From IMG/VR virus record IMGVR_UViG_3300011187_000002: 64,000 bases of DNA; one strand, given 5' to 3'. Positions 1 to 9,622 of this stretch are shown one piece after another (within the stretch, counting starts at the first letter, position 1; every line of letters starts with the position of its first letter). The DNA comes from a virus (lineage: Duplodnaviria; Heunggongvirae; Uroviricota; Caudoviricetes). The translations under genes and the position numbers were made by a program. Under the pieces are notes generated by a model that was not told the DNA's origin, ran no database searches, and saw only the letters and a list, made by a program, of their open reading frames with translations.

Positions 1-91
1 TATCAGAGCCTACCATAACGCCCGAGATAATCAAGGGTGATCTCCGACATGAAGACCACCCTTGCTCGGTGCCTATCCCCGCCACCATCAA

Positions 92-439
92 TTAGTATTT
101 GAAAGTGCCGCCTGTCGAAACCGACCACGAATAGCCGCAATCAACACAACGGTAAATCGAATGCCCCATCTGAACGTTGTCGATCACGTCAGTCATAACA
201 TACGCCCGCTTGCTGGCGCACGTGGTAGCACTCTTACCAACATCACCGTCACCCGAAGATGCTCCGGGTCGTCCGTCGACATGCTCATTGCGACGGCACC
301 CCATATTCACTTGGCGGAGGTCGCCTTCGTGCTTGCTCAGGGCCGCCTCGATCTTTTCTTCTTCGACTAGATTCTCTGAATGAGCGTCTAGGTTGAGTTG
401 ATCGTTCTGTTCTTCCGACATACCATACTCCTGTGTCAT
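92..439 (-). CDS. hypothetical protein with C-terminal Zn-ribbon
   Basis: Cys residues ending in YRCVDCGYSW; ATGA overlap with upstream ORF. Confidence 0.6.
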   Translation of the reverse strand: MTQEYGMSEEQNDQLNLDAHSENLVEEEKIEAALSKHEGDLRQVNMGCRRNEHVDGRPGASSGDGDVGKSATTCASKRAYVMTDVIDNVQMGHSIYRCVDCGYSWSVSTGGTFKY

Positions 440-1029
440 GTGCGGTCATCGAACTTGGAAAACAAGCTCTCAATTTGACCTTCAAGTAATTCCAAATGCG
501 CATCCACGTTGTTCAACAAGGGATCTTCCCTCGCCGTAATCTCGCCAATCACATCTTTAACTGACGAACCCGATAGCAACGTCACTATCTTAGCCCAATC
601 CCCCCGAGTCAAAACTGACTTGAACCGGCTATTTCGTGATGAAACCTGTATCCCCTCTTTATGGGGCCGCACGAACAGTTCGTTGCGGGCGGCTAAAAGC
701 GAAATGATAGGCACCACCCGTAAGGCTTCCCCGTAATACATCGACCGCTGAGGGTAAGATTTTCCCCGTTGATCGACGAATTCGGCGAATTTAACGCCGT
801 CATTTCCCGCGTAAGAGCCACTGTGGTGTCGACCACCCTCTTTGTAAGACAGTCCTCTGGAATATGACGGGCCGCTGGAGGACGACGTTTTCCCGAAAGT
901 GGCCGTTCCCAGAATCGAAACCTGCCGTTCCGCCTCTGAGATAGCTTCACCGGAAAGGTACCCCGTCGTCATAGTGACCGAGGTATCCCCACTGATAAAC
1001 CCATTTGTGGCTTTCGAAAGAGCGTCCAT
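436..1029 (-). CDS. hypothetical protein
   Basis: 197 aa ORF, GGAG upstream, co-directional cluster. Confidence 0.7.
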   Translation of the reverse strand: MDALSKATNGFISGDTSVTMTTGYLSGEAISEAERQVSILGTATFGKTSSSSGPSYSRGLSYKEGGRHHSGSYAGNDGVKFAEFVDQRGKSYPQRSMYYGEALRVVPIISLLAARNELFVRPHKEGIQVSSRNSRFKSVLTRGDWAKIVTLLSGSSVKDVIGEITAREDPLLNNVDAHLELLEGQIESLFSKFDDRT

Positions 1030-1035
1030 AGCTGA

Positions 1036-1731
1036 TTACGCTCCCATAATAACGGCCATAAGGCGATCTGCAGCTTGTTCAGCTACATCGGTGGGTTCCA
1101 TCTCACCGGTAAATTCGTCTCTTTCCAGAACTTCGTCACCGGCCATGTACTCCACGACTACCAAGACGTTATCCAGATCACAGGCGTCTACGCCGAAACG
1201 TGCCCGGTATCGAGTCCGACTCGCTTTGTGCGTGACCTCCAGATAGTGCTCCACCTCGTTTACACGGTGAGACACGACTTCGGATTCACGACGTAGGATC
1301 TTTTGGCCCACTTTCGCAAGTTCGTTGCAAAACTCAGCAAGCGTTTCAAACAGCGACTCACCCGCCGCCTCTTTAGCGCGCTCTTCGGAAGCCATTTTCT
1401 GACGCCGTAGAGTAGCCAGTACGGGACGAATGTGGGGCCGAAGCTCTTTTCGAACCGACCCCATTTTCACTAACTGATCATATAAATTCATGGCACCCTC
1501 TTTAGAAATCTCGGCCTCTTCACCATCGACTTTGATGCTGGTCACAGCATCAGGTCCATCCCCATCAATATAGAATGGTCCTAGATCCTTGTAATCTTCG
1601 ATCGTTACTGACCGCGAGGAGCCTACGTTACATAGGTATTTCACGGCGTCCAACAGCGGCAAAAGGTTTTCCTTTGCCCACCCGTTGCATTCGATCTCGA
1701 TCACATGTGAATTATATAGCTTGTCGCCCAT
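1036..1731 (-). CDS. hypothetical protein with internal 'LYDQLVKMGSVRKELRPHIRPVL' module
   Basis: Module starts at internal Met (~1491) and recurs in ORFs at 11845, 12288 and 26308. Confidence 0.7.
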   Translation of the reverse strand: MGDKLYNSHVIEIECNGWAKENLLPLLDAVKYLCNVGSSRSVTIEDYKDLGPFYIDGDGPDAVTSIKVDGEEAEISKEGAMNLYDQLVKMGSVRKELRPHIRPVLATLRRQKMASEERAKEAAGESLFETLAEFCNELAKVGQKILRRESEVVSHRVNEVEHYLEVTHKASRTRYRARFGVDACDLDNVLVVVEYMAGDEVLERDEFTGEMEPTDVAEQAADRLMAVIMGA

Positions 1732-1785
1732 CGTGGAGACCTTCTGGTAGTATTAAGAATACACCAAGAGGGTGCTATCAAAAGA

Positions 1786-2031
1786 TTATGATTCCTCGTC
1801 ATCTTCGAAAGGTTTGATGCGTAGGCGCTGGACATAACCGTTTTCACGGGTGTCGTACATATCCAACCGCTTTTCCACCACGAACAGACCTTCGATCTTG
1901 CCCTTGGTGGGCATGGTGAAATGCAAAAAGATAAGGTTGCCTTCCGGTTGCCACGGTAACTGGAGCTTCATATCACCGGCCCACAAGTCGTGGCAAAGGA
2001 TTTCGGTTTTCAAAAGGCCATTACTCATCAT
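1786..2031 (-). CDS. hypothetical protein
   Basis: ORF overlapping the stop of the upstream gene; start chosen at MMSNG. Confidence 0.5.
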   Translation of the reverse strand: MMSNGLLKTEILCHDLWAGDMKLQLPWQPEGNLIFLHFTMPTKGKIEGLFVVEKRLDMYDTRENGYVQRLRIKPFEDDEES

Positions 2032-2608
2032 CGGACCTCGGCATGATGATCTGAGGATCCTCATCCTCAGCACGAATAATCAGCCGCTCTTGAGCGTGCC
2101 GTGGCTTATAACCCGACACGACTTCCGTATCCGCATTTTTGAATTGCGTATCCAACATGTTTTTGTGGGCATCTTGGCGGGCGTCGATCTCATCTTGGTA
2201 AGCGAAAAAAGCCTCCAAGGCTTGAGGAGCGTCTAATTCGTCCTCACCAATATGGGCATAATTGTCCAGATAAAACTGGTGCCCGGCCTTGTCGTCTACG
2301 ATACGCTCTTCAAAAGCGATGTACGCCTGTTCAATATCGGGATGACCCTCTTCGAGATCACCTATTTCCCGTTCAAGGTACACCTCTTGGATGTCCCGTT
2401 TGAACCAGTAATAGTCCCGATCCACGACCCCGATTTCGTTAGCAAGAGCTTCAAAATCAACGGGGTCGTGGTCTTCGGGTGTCTCATCAAGCGGCTTGAA
2501 ATCTAGTTGTGACCAGACTTCACCCTCATCTTCCGCCTCAGCAAGTTGTTCGGCTCTTTTCGCCGTTTCCTCTTCACTGCGGCCAGCAAACAAATCGTCG
2601 TTTGACAT
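2021..2608 (-). CDS. acidic hypothetical protein
   Basis: 195 aa ORF 3 nt after the khpA stop. Confidence 0.7.
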   Translation of the reverse strand: MSNDDLFAGRSEEETAKRAEQLAEAEDEGEVWSQLDFKPLDETPEDHDPVDFEALANEIGVVDRDYYWFKRDIQEVYLEREIGDLEEGHPDIEQAYIAFEERIVDDKAGHQFYLDNYAHIGEDELDAPQALEAFFAYQDEIDARQDAHKNMLDTQFKNADTEVVSGYKPRHAQERLIIRAEDEDPQIIMPRSDDE

Positions 2609-2611
2609 GCC

Positions 2612-2872
2612 TTACTCCCTGATTTCTAGGAGGACCTTCTTACCATGCTTGCAACCAAGCGCACGAAAAATGGTCTTGAGGCTGTTGATGATGGAACCAC
2701 CACGCCCGATAATCTTGCCGCGATCATCATGTACGACGTCAATGGTATAAATGAGGGTCGTAGAGCTTTCAGTCTTTTCGATCTCTACTTCATCGGGGGA
2801 AGCGACAAGCGCCTTGATGTAGTTTTCAAGCAACTCGTCGATGCTAGGGCCTTCTTCAAACGTGTAAATCAT
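2612..2872 (-). CDS. khpA: KH-domain RNA-binding protein, KhpA/UPF0109-like
   Basis: ALVASPDEV...DRGKIIGRGGSIINSLKTI (GxxG loop), single-KH size. Confidence 0.85.
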   Translation of the reverse strand: MIYTFEEGPSIDELLENYIKALVASPDEVEIEKTESSTTLIYTIDVVHDDRGKIIGRGGSIINSLKTIFRALGCKHGKKVLLEIRE

Positions 2873-3319
2873 GTGAATCTCCGTATTCGTTTTGCTACCA
2901 ATTTGAGGGACCGCCCCTCAAGTAATCTCACTTATTATACCCAGATCACACTTGGACCGGTCGAAAAAAGTTAGAGATCTCCATCCGGTAGCTACGATCG
3001 TTAAAAATAGCACCACAAAAACGGTTTCTATTCCGTTCGGAAATTCACTCACCAACCCTCGCCAAGTCTATTAGATCCTCATCAAGGGTAAATACTCTGG
3101 TTTTACTGTCCCCAATAGTATTTTACCCCTTAAAAGCCCGGATCCAAAAGTATTCTCAGAGGCTATCAAGCGCTCCAAGAGGCTTCAGGTGGCTATCCCC
3201 CGTGCCCACCAAGGCACTCAGTTATCGGATACTTCACAAGGTCACTGTGGCTATCTCATACACTTCCAAAAATCGGTAGTCTATCCCCGTAGGGGACACA
3301 TACACGTGCGTGGGTGCTT

Positions 3320-3530
3320 ACGCTGCTACACCTGTTGCCGGTTGTATTGCTGTTGCTGTTTCTACTGCTGCTGCTCTTACTTTTACTTCTGTTTCTTTTA
3401 CTTCTGTTTCTTTTACTGTTTCTTATATGGCTATTGCTTAGGTTCTTATTAGGTAAAGGTGAAGACTGATCAAGGAAAGTAAGAGAGGAAGAAGAGAGAG
3501 TAGAGTAATAAGAACAACCTAGAGTACTAT
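3320..3530. repeat. low-complexity NNT-triplet T-rich tract followed by purine-rich tract
   Basis: gct gtt tct act... ttt act tct gtt tct repeated, then gaagagagagtagag. Confidence 0.7.
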
Positions 3531-3639
3531 AACTCTGAGTACTTATTACGTATGTTGGTAGGACATTACTCACTAAACTACCTGACTGCTTATCATTCCA
3601 AGACCTCTTGCCTCCGTTACCAAATAGCTACCAACTGTA

Positions 3640-4160
3640 GAGCCCGTCGTTCCCCGACTCAGGAAGTCATTGGGGAATCCATGAGGTTCCAATTGTTACT
3701 TGCCAAGATAGGTATCACGGGTGGTCAAACCTCTTGACCGGTAAACTACCCGGTGCTTGACCGCCCCGATGGGCGTGTTCCCGACATCCGACTAAGGATC
3801 CATAGGGAAACGATTCCTACCAGCCTTCATCCCCCGACTCAGGAAGTCATTGGGGAATCCGTCAGCTACATGCCTTGATAGGCACGAAAGCAAGTGGCGG
3901 CTATCGGAGTCATCGAGCTAGTAACCCTTTTGACAGGGCAATGGTTCTCGATCCTTTACATCGACACTCTTTGTTGATGGGGGAGTGCGGAGTACCCCGA
4001 CCGGCTTTCCATCTTCGGCCCACAGCGAGGTTGCTATGAGTCAAGCACCGGCGACGGTTGTTAACCCGTCCGATCTGCCAACACGCAGATCACCAATATG
4101 ATTCCGCAAGAACTCGAAGGCGTCAAGGTCAATTACTACGTAACGCCTCCAGACTCCGCT
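3640..4160. ncRNA. candidate large structured non-coding RNA or cis element
   Basis: No credible ORF; several hairpins and a 12-bp long-range inverted repeat (3750-3761/4040-4051); strand unresolved. Confidence 0.35.
3652..3860. repeat. 29-bp perfect direct repeat with hairpin potential, two copies 180 bp apart
   Basis: ccccgactcaggaagtcattggggaatcc at 3652-3680 and 3832-3860. Confidence 0.9.
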
Positions 4161-4296
4161 TGGCTAAGTGATATGTGTGCGCTTTGAGACGGCCCCTAAG
4201 CTATTTGTCCAGCGAAGGTGACTAGTGGGGTAGGCAAACACATCTAAAGGGCTGTGCTATCTTGTGGGGAATTGTCAGAGGGATGTTGGGGGTAAT

Positions 4297-4334
4297 GCAA
4301 AGCCCCCAATGGAATTAACCACCGGGGGCTTTGC
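4297..4334. terminator. stem-loop, likely terminator of the minus-strand gene cluster
   Basis: gcaaagcccc...ggggctttgc downstream of ORF 4401. Confidence 0.55.
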
Positions 4335-4400
4335 CCTTGCGACGACAAGGAGTGCGACGATGAAGACCCCGGCTGGACCGGGGCCGGTTTTCCCGAAAGT

Positions 4401-4844
4401 TTACTTCGGGAAGCTGACACGCGGGGTGGCTGCTTTCTTCTCGACCGCGCTTTCCAGTTCTTGACGCTGGAGGGGATCCTTGACCTTGACGATGTTGTCC
4501 TCGAAGTCGGATTCGACGCTGTACGAGGTTTTCTCTTTGAAGAACATCGCGAACAGGAGTTCGCCGAGATCTTCGCGGATGGAAGCCATCTCGTCGTTGT
4601 CGGACTTCACCTTGAGGCTGGGGTCCGGGAACGTGACGGACACGGTGTGCTCGCCGTCCTCGGTGGTGAGTTCCACCGTCTTGACGCCGTTGCGCTTGGC
4701 CTCAGCGTGCTGGCGGAGCATGTCTTTGATTTCGCTCAGGCGGCTTTTCTTTTCCCGCAGGTCGCGGTAGAGTTCGATGCCCTCTTCGAGCATTTCGTTG
4801 AAGGTGGGCTGGGCGTTGTCTTGCTTTTGGGCGGCTTGTGCCAT
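4401..4844 (-). CDS. hypothetical protein (N-terminal coiled coil)
   Basis: Strong codon bias, GAGG RBS, own promoter. Confidence 0.8.
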   Translation of the reverse strand: MAQAAQKQDNAQPTFNEMLEEGIELYRDLREKKSRLSEIKDMLRQHAEAKRNGVKTVELTTEDGEHTVSVTFPDPSLKVKSDNDEMASIREDLGELLFAMFFKEKTSYSVESDFEDNIVKVKDPLQRQELESAVEKKAATPRVSFPK

Positions 4845-4916
4845 TTTCTTTTCCTCTCAAATCAGTAGTAGTGAAACTTCGTTTTCGTTTCGAGCCTTGC
4901 GACTCACCGTCACCCT

Positions 4917-4945
4917 CTTATACCAAAGTAACGGTGAGTCGTCAA
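4917..4945 (-). promoter_or_regulatory. sigma70-type phage promoter
   Basis: TTGACG-N17-TATAAG. Confidence 0.8.
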
Positions 4946-4953
4946 AAGGTTTT

Positions 4954-5703
4954 TCAGATAAGTGCGGCAACCCGTTCGATTTCGGATTTGCGCACCGCCG
5001 CTTCTTCTTCGCGGATGGTGCCCGCATCTTTGCCCTTGTCCAATCCATTGGCTACGGTGGACATGATGCGGAACCGGGACTTGGCGCACGCTTCGAAAAA
5101 GGCGCAGTTTTCACTGCACTCAGTGTTCGTCTCGTCGGCGTACCCGAAACAACTCTGGACGTTCTTGAAATCGTGCTTGGCCTCTGGCCCTTCGGGCACT
5201 TCGTCAGACCCCATCGCGAAATTGAAGGGCAAGACGTCCGGGGTGGGCCGATTTTTCCATGCCATATCGCCGCCGCTACTTTCGGACGTATCGGTGGACA
5301 CATTTTCGGTGCTTGTGGCCGTGGCGGAATCATCAACCGGAACGGCGGTCGGGTCGTAGACGACCTTGTAACCCTTTCCATCTTCACGTGCCTCAAGCTG
5401 GCTGACGTCGCCCACGGCATAGCCGCTTCGTTCCAGATACCGCACGATACGGGCGTACTCTTGCTTGTCCTCGATGACCGGCTTTCGTCGGAGCTTGCTG
5501 GACCCGAGACGTCCCGTTTCAACAAGCTGGCGCTTGCCTTCCAAAATCTCTTCGGGTTTGAAGTAACAGTCGCCACCGTCCGAAAACTGGATCGGATTGA
5601 GGGCATTCCGCTCACGGGCGGCCCATATTTGACCATCGGTAATCCCGAGGAAAGCCCGAATGTCTGGCGTCTTGAAGTAAAGTTTGCCGTTAATCATTTT
5701 CAT
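4954..5703 (-). CDS. putative DNA-binding protein (N-terminal MerR/Xis-like HTH, Cys-rich C-terminus)
   Basis: YFKTPDIRAFLGITDGQIWAA...; SCFG...ECSENCAFFEAC; AAGGAG RBS. Confidence 0.6.
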   Translation of the reverse strand: MKMINGKLYFKTPDIRAFLGITDGQIWAARERNALNPIQFSDGGDCYFKPEEILEGKRQLVETGRLGSSKLRRKPVIEDKQEYARIVRYLERSGYAVGDVSQLEAREDGKGYKVVYDPTAVPVDDSATATSTENVSTDTSESSGGDMAWKNRPTPDVLPFNFAMGSDEVPEGPEAKHDFKNVQSCFGYADETNTECSENCAFFEACAKSRFRIMSTVANGLDKGKDAGTIREEEAAVRKSEIERVAALI

Positions 5704-5747
5704 GGTGCGTCTCCTTGTCGCTTACGGTAACGTCATCGTCTCGTCAC

Positions 5748-5776
5748 TTTATACCCTAGTTTGCCATATCCGTCAA
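5748..5776 (-). promoter_or_regulatory. sigma70-type phage promoter
   Basis: TTGACG-N17(TAGGG)-TATAAA. Confidence 0.8.
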
Positions 5777-8148
5777 AACCTATTTTCCCGAAGCATCTTG
5801 AACAGGTGCTCGTTCATCACCGTACCGAATGAATCGAGGTTCGGGATGTACACGCTGTTATCGAACTTATTGATGCTGCGCTCACCGTAGCCTACGAACA
5901 AGGTTTGGATACCCATCGAAGCCAACAGCTTGGTTTCGTTGTTGCAAATCTGAACCATTGCGTTTGTACCGAACCGGGTTCCGCTGGACCCCGAAGGCTT
6001 GCCGTCAGTAATCACGATAAGCACCTTACGGGACTCTTTGCGCTGGGCTAGCCTCCGGGCCGCGAAATCCATCCCATCGGCTAAGGGCGTACCACCGTTG
6101 GCCCTCGTGTTCATTAGCTTGCTCAGGGACTTGTCCGTAAGCGGCTCGTCGAAGGTGCGAAACACATTGAACCTGCGTGCCGCAATCCGCGTGAACCGTG
6201 CTTTCCATTCTTCAGTCCTCTTGGACTTTTCGTAGGCATCCCCGGAGATCCCCCGTTCCCGGAAATATCTTTGCTGGACGTTATGGGCGTTGTCGCAACC
6301 TTGAATCGTCCCCTGCTGGAACCCGATAACTTCAAACGGGATCCGAAGCTGCTGCAGGGACACGGCGAACGTGGTCAGGATGTACCGCGCTTCATCGAGA
6401 TTCATCGAACCCGATTCGTCGATAACGATGGACACCGCCGCGTGCTCTTTCTCGGCCTTGATACGCTTCATGAACGGCTTGGGCTTTTTCTTGTACACGA
6501 TTTCATGGATGCTACGGCCAGACAATCGCTGGCCCTGCTCAAGCCGGTGCTTGCGACGGGACTTTTTCATACCCCGTAGGAAAGCGACCATTTTGGGTCG
6601 GATATACAGCGTATCCCGGCGCACATCACCCGCAAACTTTCTGAACTTTTTGAGGTTGCCTTTCGACTGTGTTACCTCATGGATGATATCGTATTCACGG
6701 GTCATGGGAATCGGATGACTCGGCACGCCCGAGGCTTGTGTTTCCTCTTCCCACTGGTCTTTAATGACGTCCGACAAATCTTGCCCGCCATTCGCCTCGT
6801 CAGTGTTGGCGATTTCATCTGCCAAGCGGTCAAAATCCGGGGGGAGCGCGTCACCATCACGGTGGCCTTCTTGGTGCCCGCCTTCGCCGCCACCCTTTTC
6901 ACCGTCCCGGCTGTCCTGACCGGCCTTAGAATGGTTTTCGTTACCGGATGTACCTTGCTGTCCACCTTGGTCGCTTGAATCGCCGCTCTGTCCCTCTGAG
7001 CCGTCCTCAGAGCTATTTCCGCTGTCACCATCGGCGTCAGAACCGTCGTCCCCGCTTTCGCCTTCGGAATCTCCGCCTTCGGAATCCCCGCCTTCACTTT
7101 CACCGTCGTCTTCGCCTTCGCCTTCTTCGGAGTCACTCTGGCCGTCCCCGCTCTGGCTTTCACCATCACCGGACTGCTCATCATCCTGTTGGCTTTTTTC
7201 ACCGTTGCCGCCGCCCCCGCCTTCTTGCTGTTCATCGCCCTGTTTTTCTTGCTCTTGGGGGTCGCCGTCACCGTCGCCTTTCCCGTTGGCAGCGCCCTTG
7301 AGCTTGGACAGACGATTCAGCGCTTGGAAAGCCAACTCGAAGCATTCGTAGGTGTCTTTTGACTGACGACCTTCTTCGACGAGATCGCCAAGCAACACAT
7401 CAACAATCATCCGCGCTTGCGGGTCGTATTCGTCGAGGGGAGCGTCGTCGAGGTAGTTTTCAACTTGGTCCCGCAGGTAGTAGACCACGTGGTCCAGCAT
7501 CGTGAAGGCTTTGCACCTGCGATTGTTTTCGTCATAGAAAGTGCCCCCGACCGGCCCACGTCGCCCCGGTGTTTCACGATCCCAGACCAGTTGGTGTACC
7601 ATTTGGATCGAATAGATAGCGCCTTCGAACCGCTCCATGCCCCGCCGTTCAATCATCGAATCTTCGAAGATGTTCCAGAGGGTCTTGAGCAGCTTGGCTT
7701 TCTTTTCGTAGGGAACCTCGGGGTCGTAGTGGTTGCCGATGAATTTCGCCAACCGTTGGTAGTCGAGGTTACGCCCCTTGTGCGTGTAGAGGCTGTGGAA
7801 AGATTCGTGAAGAATCCCGCCGTCCAACGTGCGGATGTATTCTTGGGACACCTCGTCCGGGGTGGACGCGATGACAATTTTGTTGTCGCCCCGCAGTTCA
7901 CTACGAGCGGACAACCAGACTTGCTTGATATCCCAAGTGGAAAAGGAATCGGGCCGCTGACCCGTTTCTTTTTTCCCCCGCCTCACACGCTCACAAAACT
8001 TGAACATGAAGGGAAGGATGGGAAAGTCATTGGCGTTGTAGAAGTCGCTACCCGCCGATACCACGTTGACTTTGCTGTCCCGGAGCAAGCCCCGCGTCAA
8101 TGCGGTGTGCCCTTGCCGGACTGCGATGCCTGAAATTTTACGTGCCAT
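5773..8148 (-). CDS. CobT-like vWA protein (HExxH N-terminus, G/D/E/S-rich linker, C-terminal vWA)
   Basis: HESFH and NIFED; MIDAS DESGSM, GGTPLA, VITDGKP; adjacent to AAA gene. Confidence 0.9.
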   Translation of the reverse strand: MARKISGIAVRQGHTALTRGLLRDSKVNVVSAGSDFYNANDFPILPFMFKFCERVRRGKKETGQRPDSFSTWDIKQVWLSARSELRGDNKIVIASTPDEVSQEYIRTLDGGILHESFHSLYTHKGRNLDYQRLAKFIGNHYDPEVPYEKKAKLLKTLWNIFEDSMIERRGMERFEGAIYSIQMVHQLVWDRETPGRRGPVGGTFYDENNRRCKAFTMLDHVVYYLRDQVENYLDDAPLDEYDPQARMIVDVLLGDLVEEGRQSKDTYECFELAFQALNRLSKLKGAANGKGDGDGDPQEQEKQGDEQQEGGGGGNGEKSQQDDEQSGDGESQSGDGQSDSEEGEGEDDGESEGGDSEGGDSEGESGDDGSDADGDSGNSSEDGSEGQSGDSSDQGGQQGTSGNENHSKAGQDSRDGEKGGGEGGHQEGHRDGDALPPDFDRLADEIANTDEANGGQDLSDVIKDQWEEETQASGVPSHPIPMTREYDIIHEVTQSKGNLKKFRKFAGDVRRDTLYIRPKMVAFLRGMKKSRRKHRLEQGQRLSGRSIHEIVYKKKPKPFMKRIKAEKEHAAVSIVIDESGSMNLDEARYILTTFAVSLQQLRIPFEVIGFQQGTIQGCDNAHNVQQRYFRERGISGDAYEKSKRTEEWKARFTRIAARRFNVFRTFDEPLTDKSLSKLMNTRANGGTPLADGMDFAARRLAQRKESRKVLIVITDGKPSGSSGTRFGTNAMVQICNNETKLLASMGIQTLFVGYGERSINKFDNSVYIPNLDSFGTVMNEHLFKMLRENRF

Positions 8149-8185
8149 GTCGTCGCTCGGATTAAGGTCGTAGTCTTATCGTCGT

Positions 8186-8214
8186 CTTATACCCTAACGA
8201 GCCGAGGCCGTCAA
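8186..8214 (-). promoter_or_regulatory. sigma70-type phage promoter
   Basis: TTGACG-N17(TAGGG)-TATAAG. Confidence 0.8.
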
Positions 8215-8242
8215 AAGAAACTTAACGACCCCGGCAGGTAGC

Positions 8243-9463
8243 TTACTTGAAGTTGTCCCGATCCCCATGCGGGATGTAGGCTCGAAGCGTCCGGTCAAAC
8301 AGTGCCTTGCGGGTGTCTTCGTCGAAGCGCTCAAGCCAGTCATAAGCCGCTTTGCCTACGAGAACTTTGTCGAAGCGCTCATCGTTTTCTTGGATGAGTT
8401 CTTCGAGGCACGTGGCCCATTCCGTCAGGATACGGTGCGAGAATCCGATGTGGATTTCCCGATTCGTAATCATGTGACGGATCGTTTTCGTGACGTCCAT
8501 GATGGTGTCGAAGGCTTGCGGAGCCACCTTCTTGAGGTACGGGAATTTGGCCTTGAGGATTTTCTTTTCCTCTTCGACTTCGAGGTAATGGTATTCGATG
8601 AAACGACCGAAGCGGTCGAGAATCGAATCATCCATACTTTCGACGCTGCTGTAGAACCCGAAATCGTCACCACGCCCTCTGGAGTTGGCCGTTGCCACGA
8701 TGGTCGTGCCCGGAAACACCGGGATGGACTTGCCCAACTCGGGGATGAACACCTCTTTGGCTCCGTCGAGAATGTGACGGAACAATTCGTGGCATTCGGA
8801 AGGCGCACGGTCGATATCGTCGATCGTAATCATTACCGCACGGCGGATACCATCTTTGCCAATACGCCCTTGGATATCTTTCAGGAGGCGACCTTCGACG
8901 AATTGGGTCTTGTTGACCTTCGTCTCAGGGTCGATGACAACTTGCATCTGGCCCATGTAGAGAGCCGTGTCGAGGTCTTCTCGCATGGGATACAGACTGA
9001 ATTCCATGTTCAGATCGTGGGCAAGGCAGCGGAACATGTCCGATTTGCCCGTACCCGCTGGACCGTACAGGAAAATGTTGCGCCCATACTTGACCGCACG
9101 AGCCACACGCTGGGCCGCTTTGCCTGCCGCCCCCTTTTCGGGATACATGTATCCGTTGGGACGGGAAGGGCGCTGGGACATCATGCCGACTTGCGCCCGC
9201 ATCTTGATGTTGCCCACTGCCACGTATGTATGGTAAGAACGGGACCCTTTGCGCTCGATTTCACGGTCAAAGAATTCCTTGAAAACCCGACCCCCGAAGA
9301 CCGTCGCATTTTTGCCGTAACGGCGCTGATAGTCCGCCACAGACATATCGTGCTCTTCGGCGAGGTGCGTCTCAAGGTTGTGGTGAGTAGCGTAATCTTC
9401 CCGACACACCGCCTTGGCGTTTTCGAAATCAATTTGCTTACTGCCCGACGTAATCACTCGCAT
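8243..9463 (-). CDS. MoxR/CobS-family AAA+ ATPase with N-terminal Ros/MucR-like finger
   Basis: Walker A GPAGTGKS, Walker B ITIDDIDR, ATANS, LDRF; LETHLAEEHDMSVADYQRRYG. Confidence 0.9.
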   Translation of the reverse strand: MRVITSGSKQIDFENAKAVCREDYATHHNLETHLAEEHDMSVADYQRRYGKNATVFGGRVFKEFFDREIERKGSRSYHTYVAVGNIKMRAQVGMMSQRPSRPNGYMYPEKGAAGKAAQRVARAVKYGRNIFLYGPAGTGKSDMFRCLAHDLNMEFSLYPMREDLDTALYMGQMQVVIDPETKVNKTQFVEGRLLKDIQGRIGKDGIRRAVMITIDDIDRAPSECHELFRHILDGAKEVFIPELGKSIPVFPGTTIVATANSRGRGDDFGFYSSVESMDDSILDRFGRFIEYHYLEVEEEKKILKAKFPYLKKVAPQAFDTIMDVTKTIRHMITNREIHIGFSHRILTEWATCLEELIQENDERFDKVLVGKAAYDWLERFDEDTRKALFDRTLRAYIPHGDRDNFK

Positions 9464-9513
9464 CTTGTTTCTCCTAATCGTCGTCACTTGTCGTCGCTGC
9501 TATCTTCCACACC

Positions 9514-9542
9514 CTTATACCATAGGTTCGAAGGTTCGTCAA
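9514..9542 (-). promoter_or_regulatory. sigma70-type phage promoter
   Basis: TTGACG-N17-TATAAG. Confidence 0.8.
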
Positions 9543-9560
9543 AAACCTTTTGAGACTGAA

Positions 9561-9592
9561 AAGCCCGCACCAGAGCGAACTGGTACGGGCTT
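9561..9592. terminator. stem-loop terminator
   Basis: aagcccgcaccag...ctggtacgggctt, followed by U-run on minus strand. Confidence 0.6.
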
Positions 9593-9622
9593 CGGGGATG
9601 CGGCTGCTAAGGTAGCAGTACG

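Noticed and set aside
3189-3573. Cys/Tyr-rich and Ser/Asn/Lys-rich ORFs
   Set aside because: Translations of a triplet low-complexity tract, with no RBS or typical codon usage.
3652-3860. 29-bp hairpin repeat as a CRISPR array
   Set aside because: Only two copies with a 151-bp interval, and no cas genes in the window.
6800-7290. G/D/E/S-rich repeats in the vWA gene as a separate repeat element
   Set aside because: Ordinary low-complexity linker typical of CobT-like proteins.
7417-9553. Long plus-strand ORFs (238 and 428 aa)
   Set aside because: Antisense shadows of the vWA and AAA genes caused by codon bias. The same applies to 4777-5730, 16277-17404, 26326-27051, 41120-42007 and 50636-51646.
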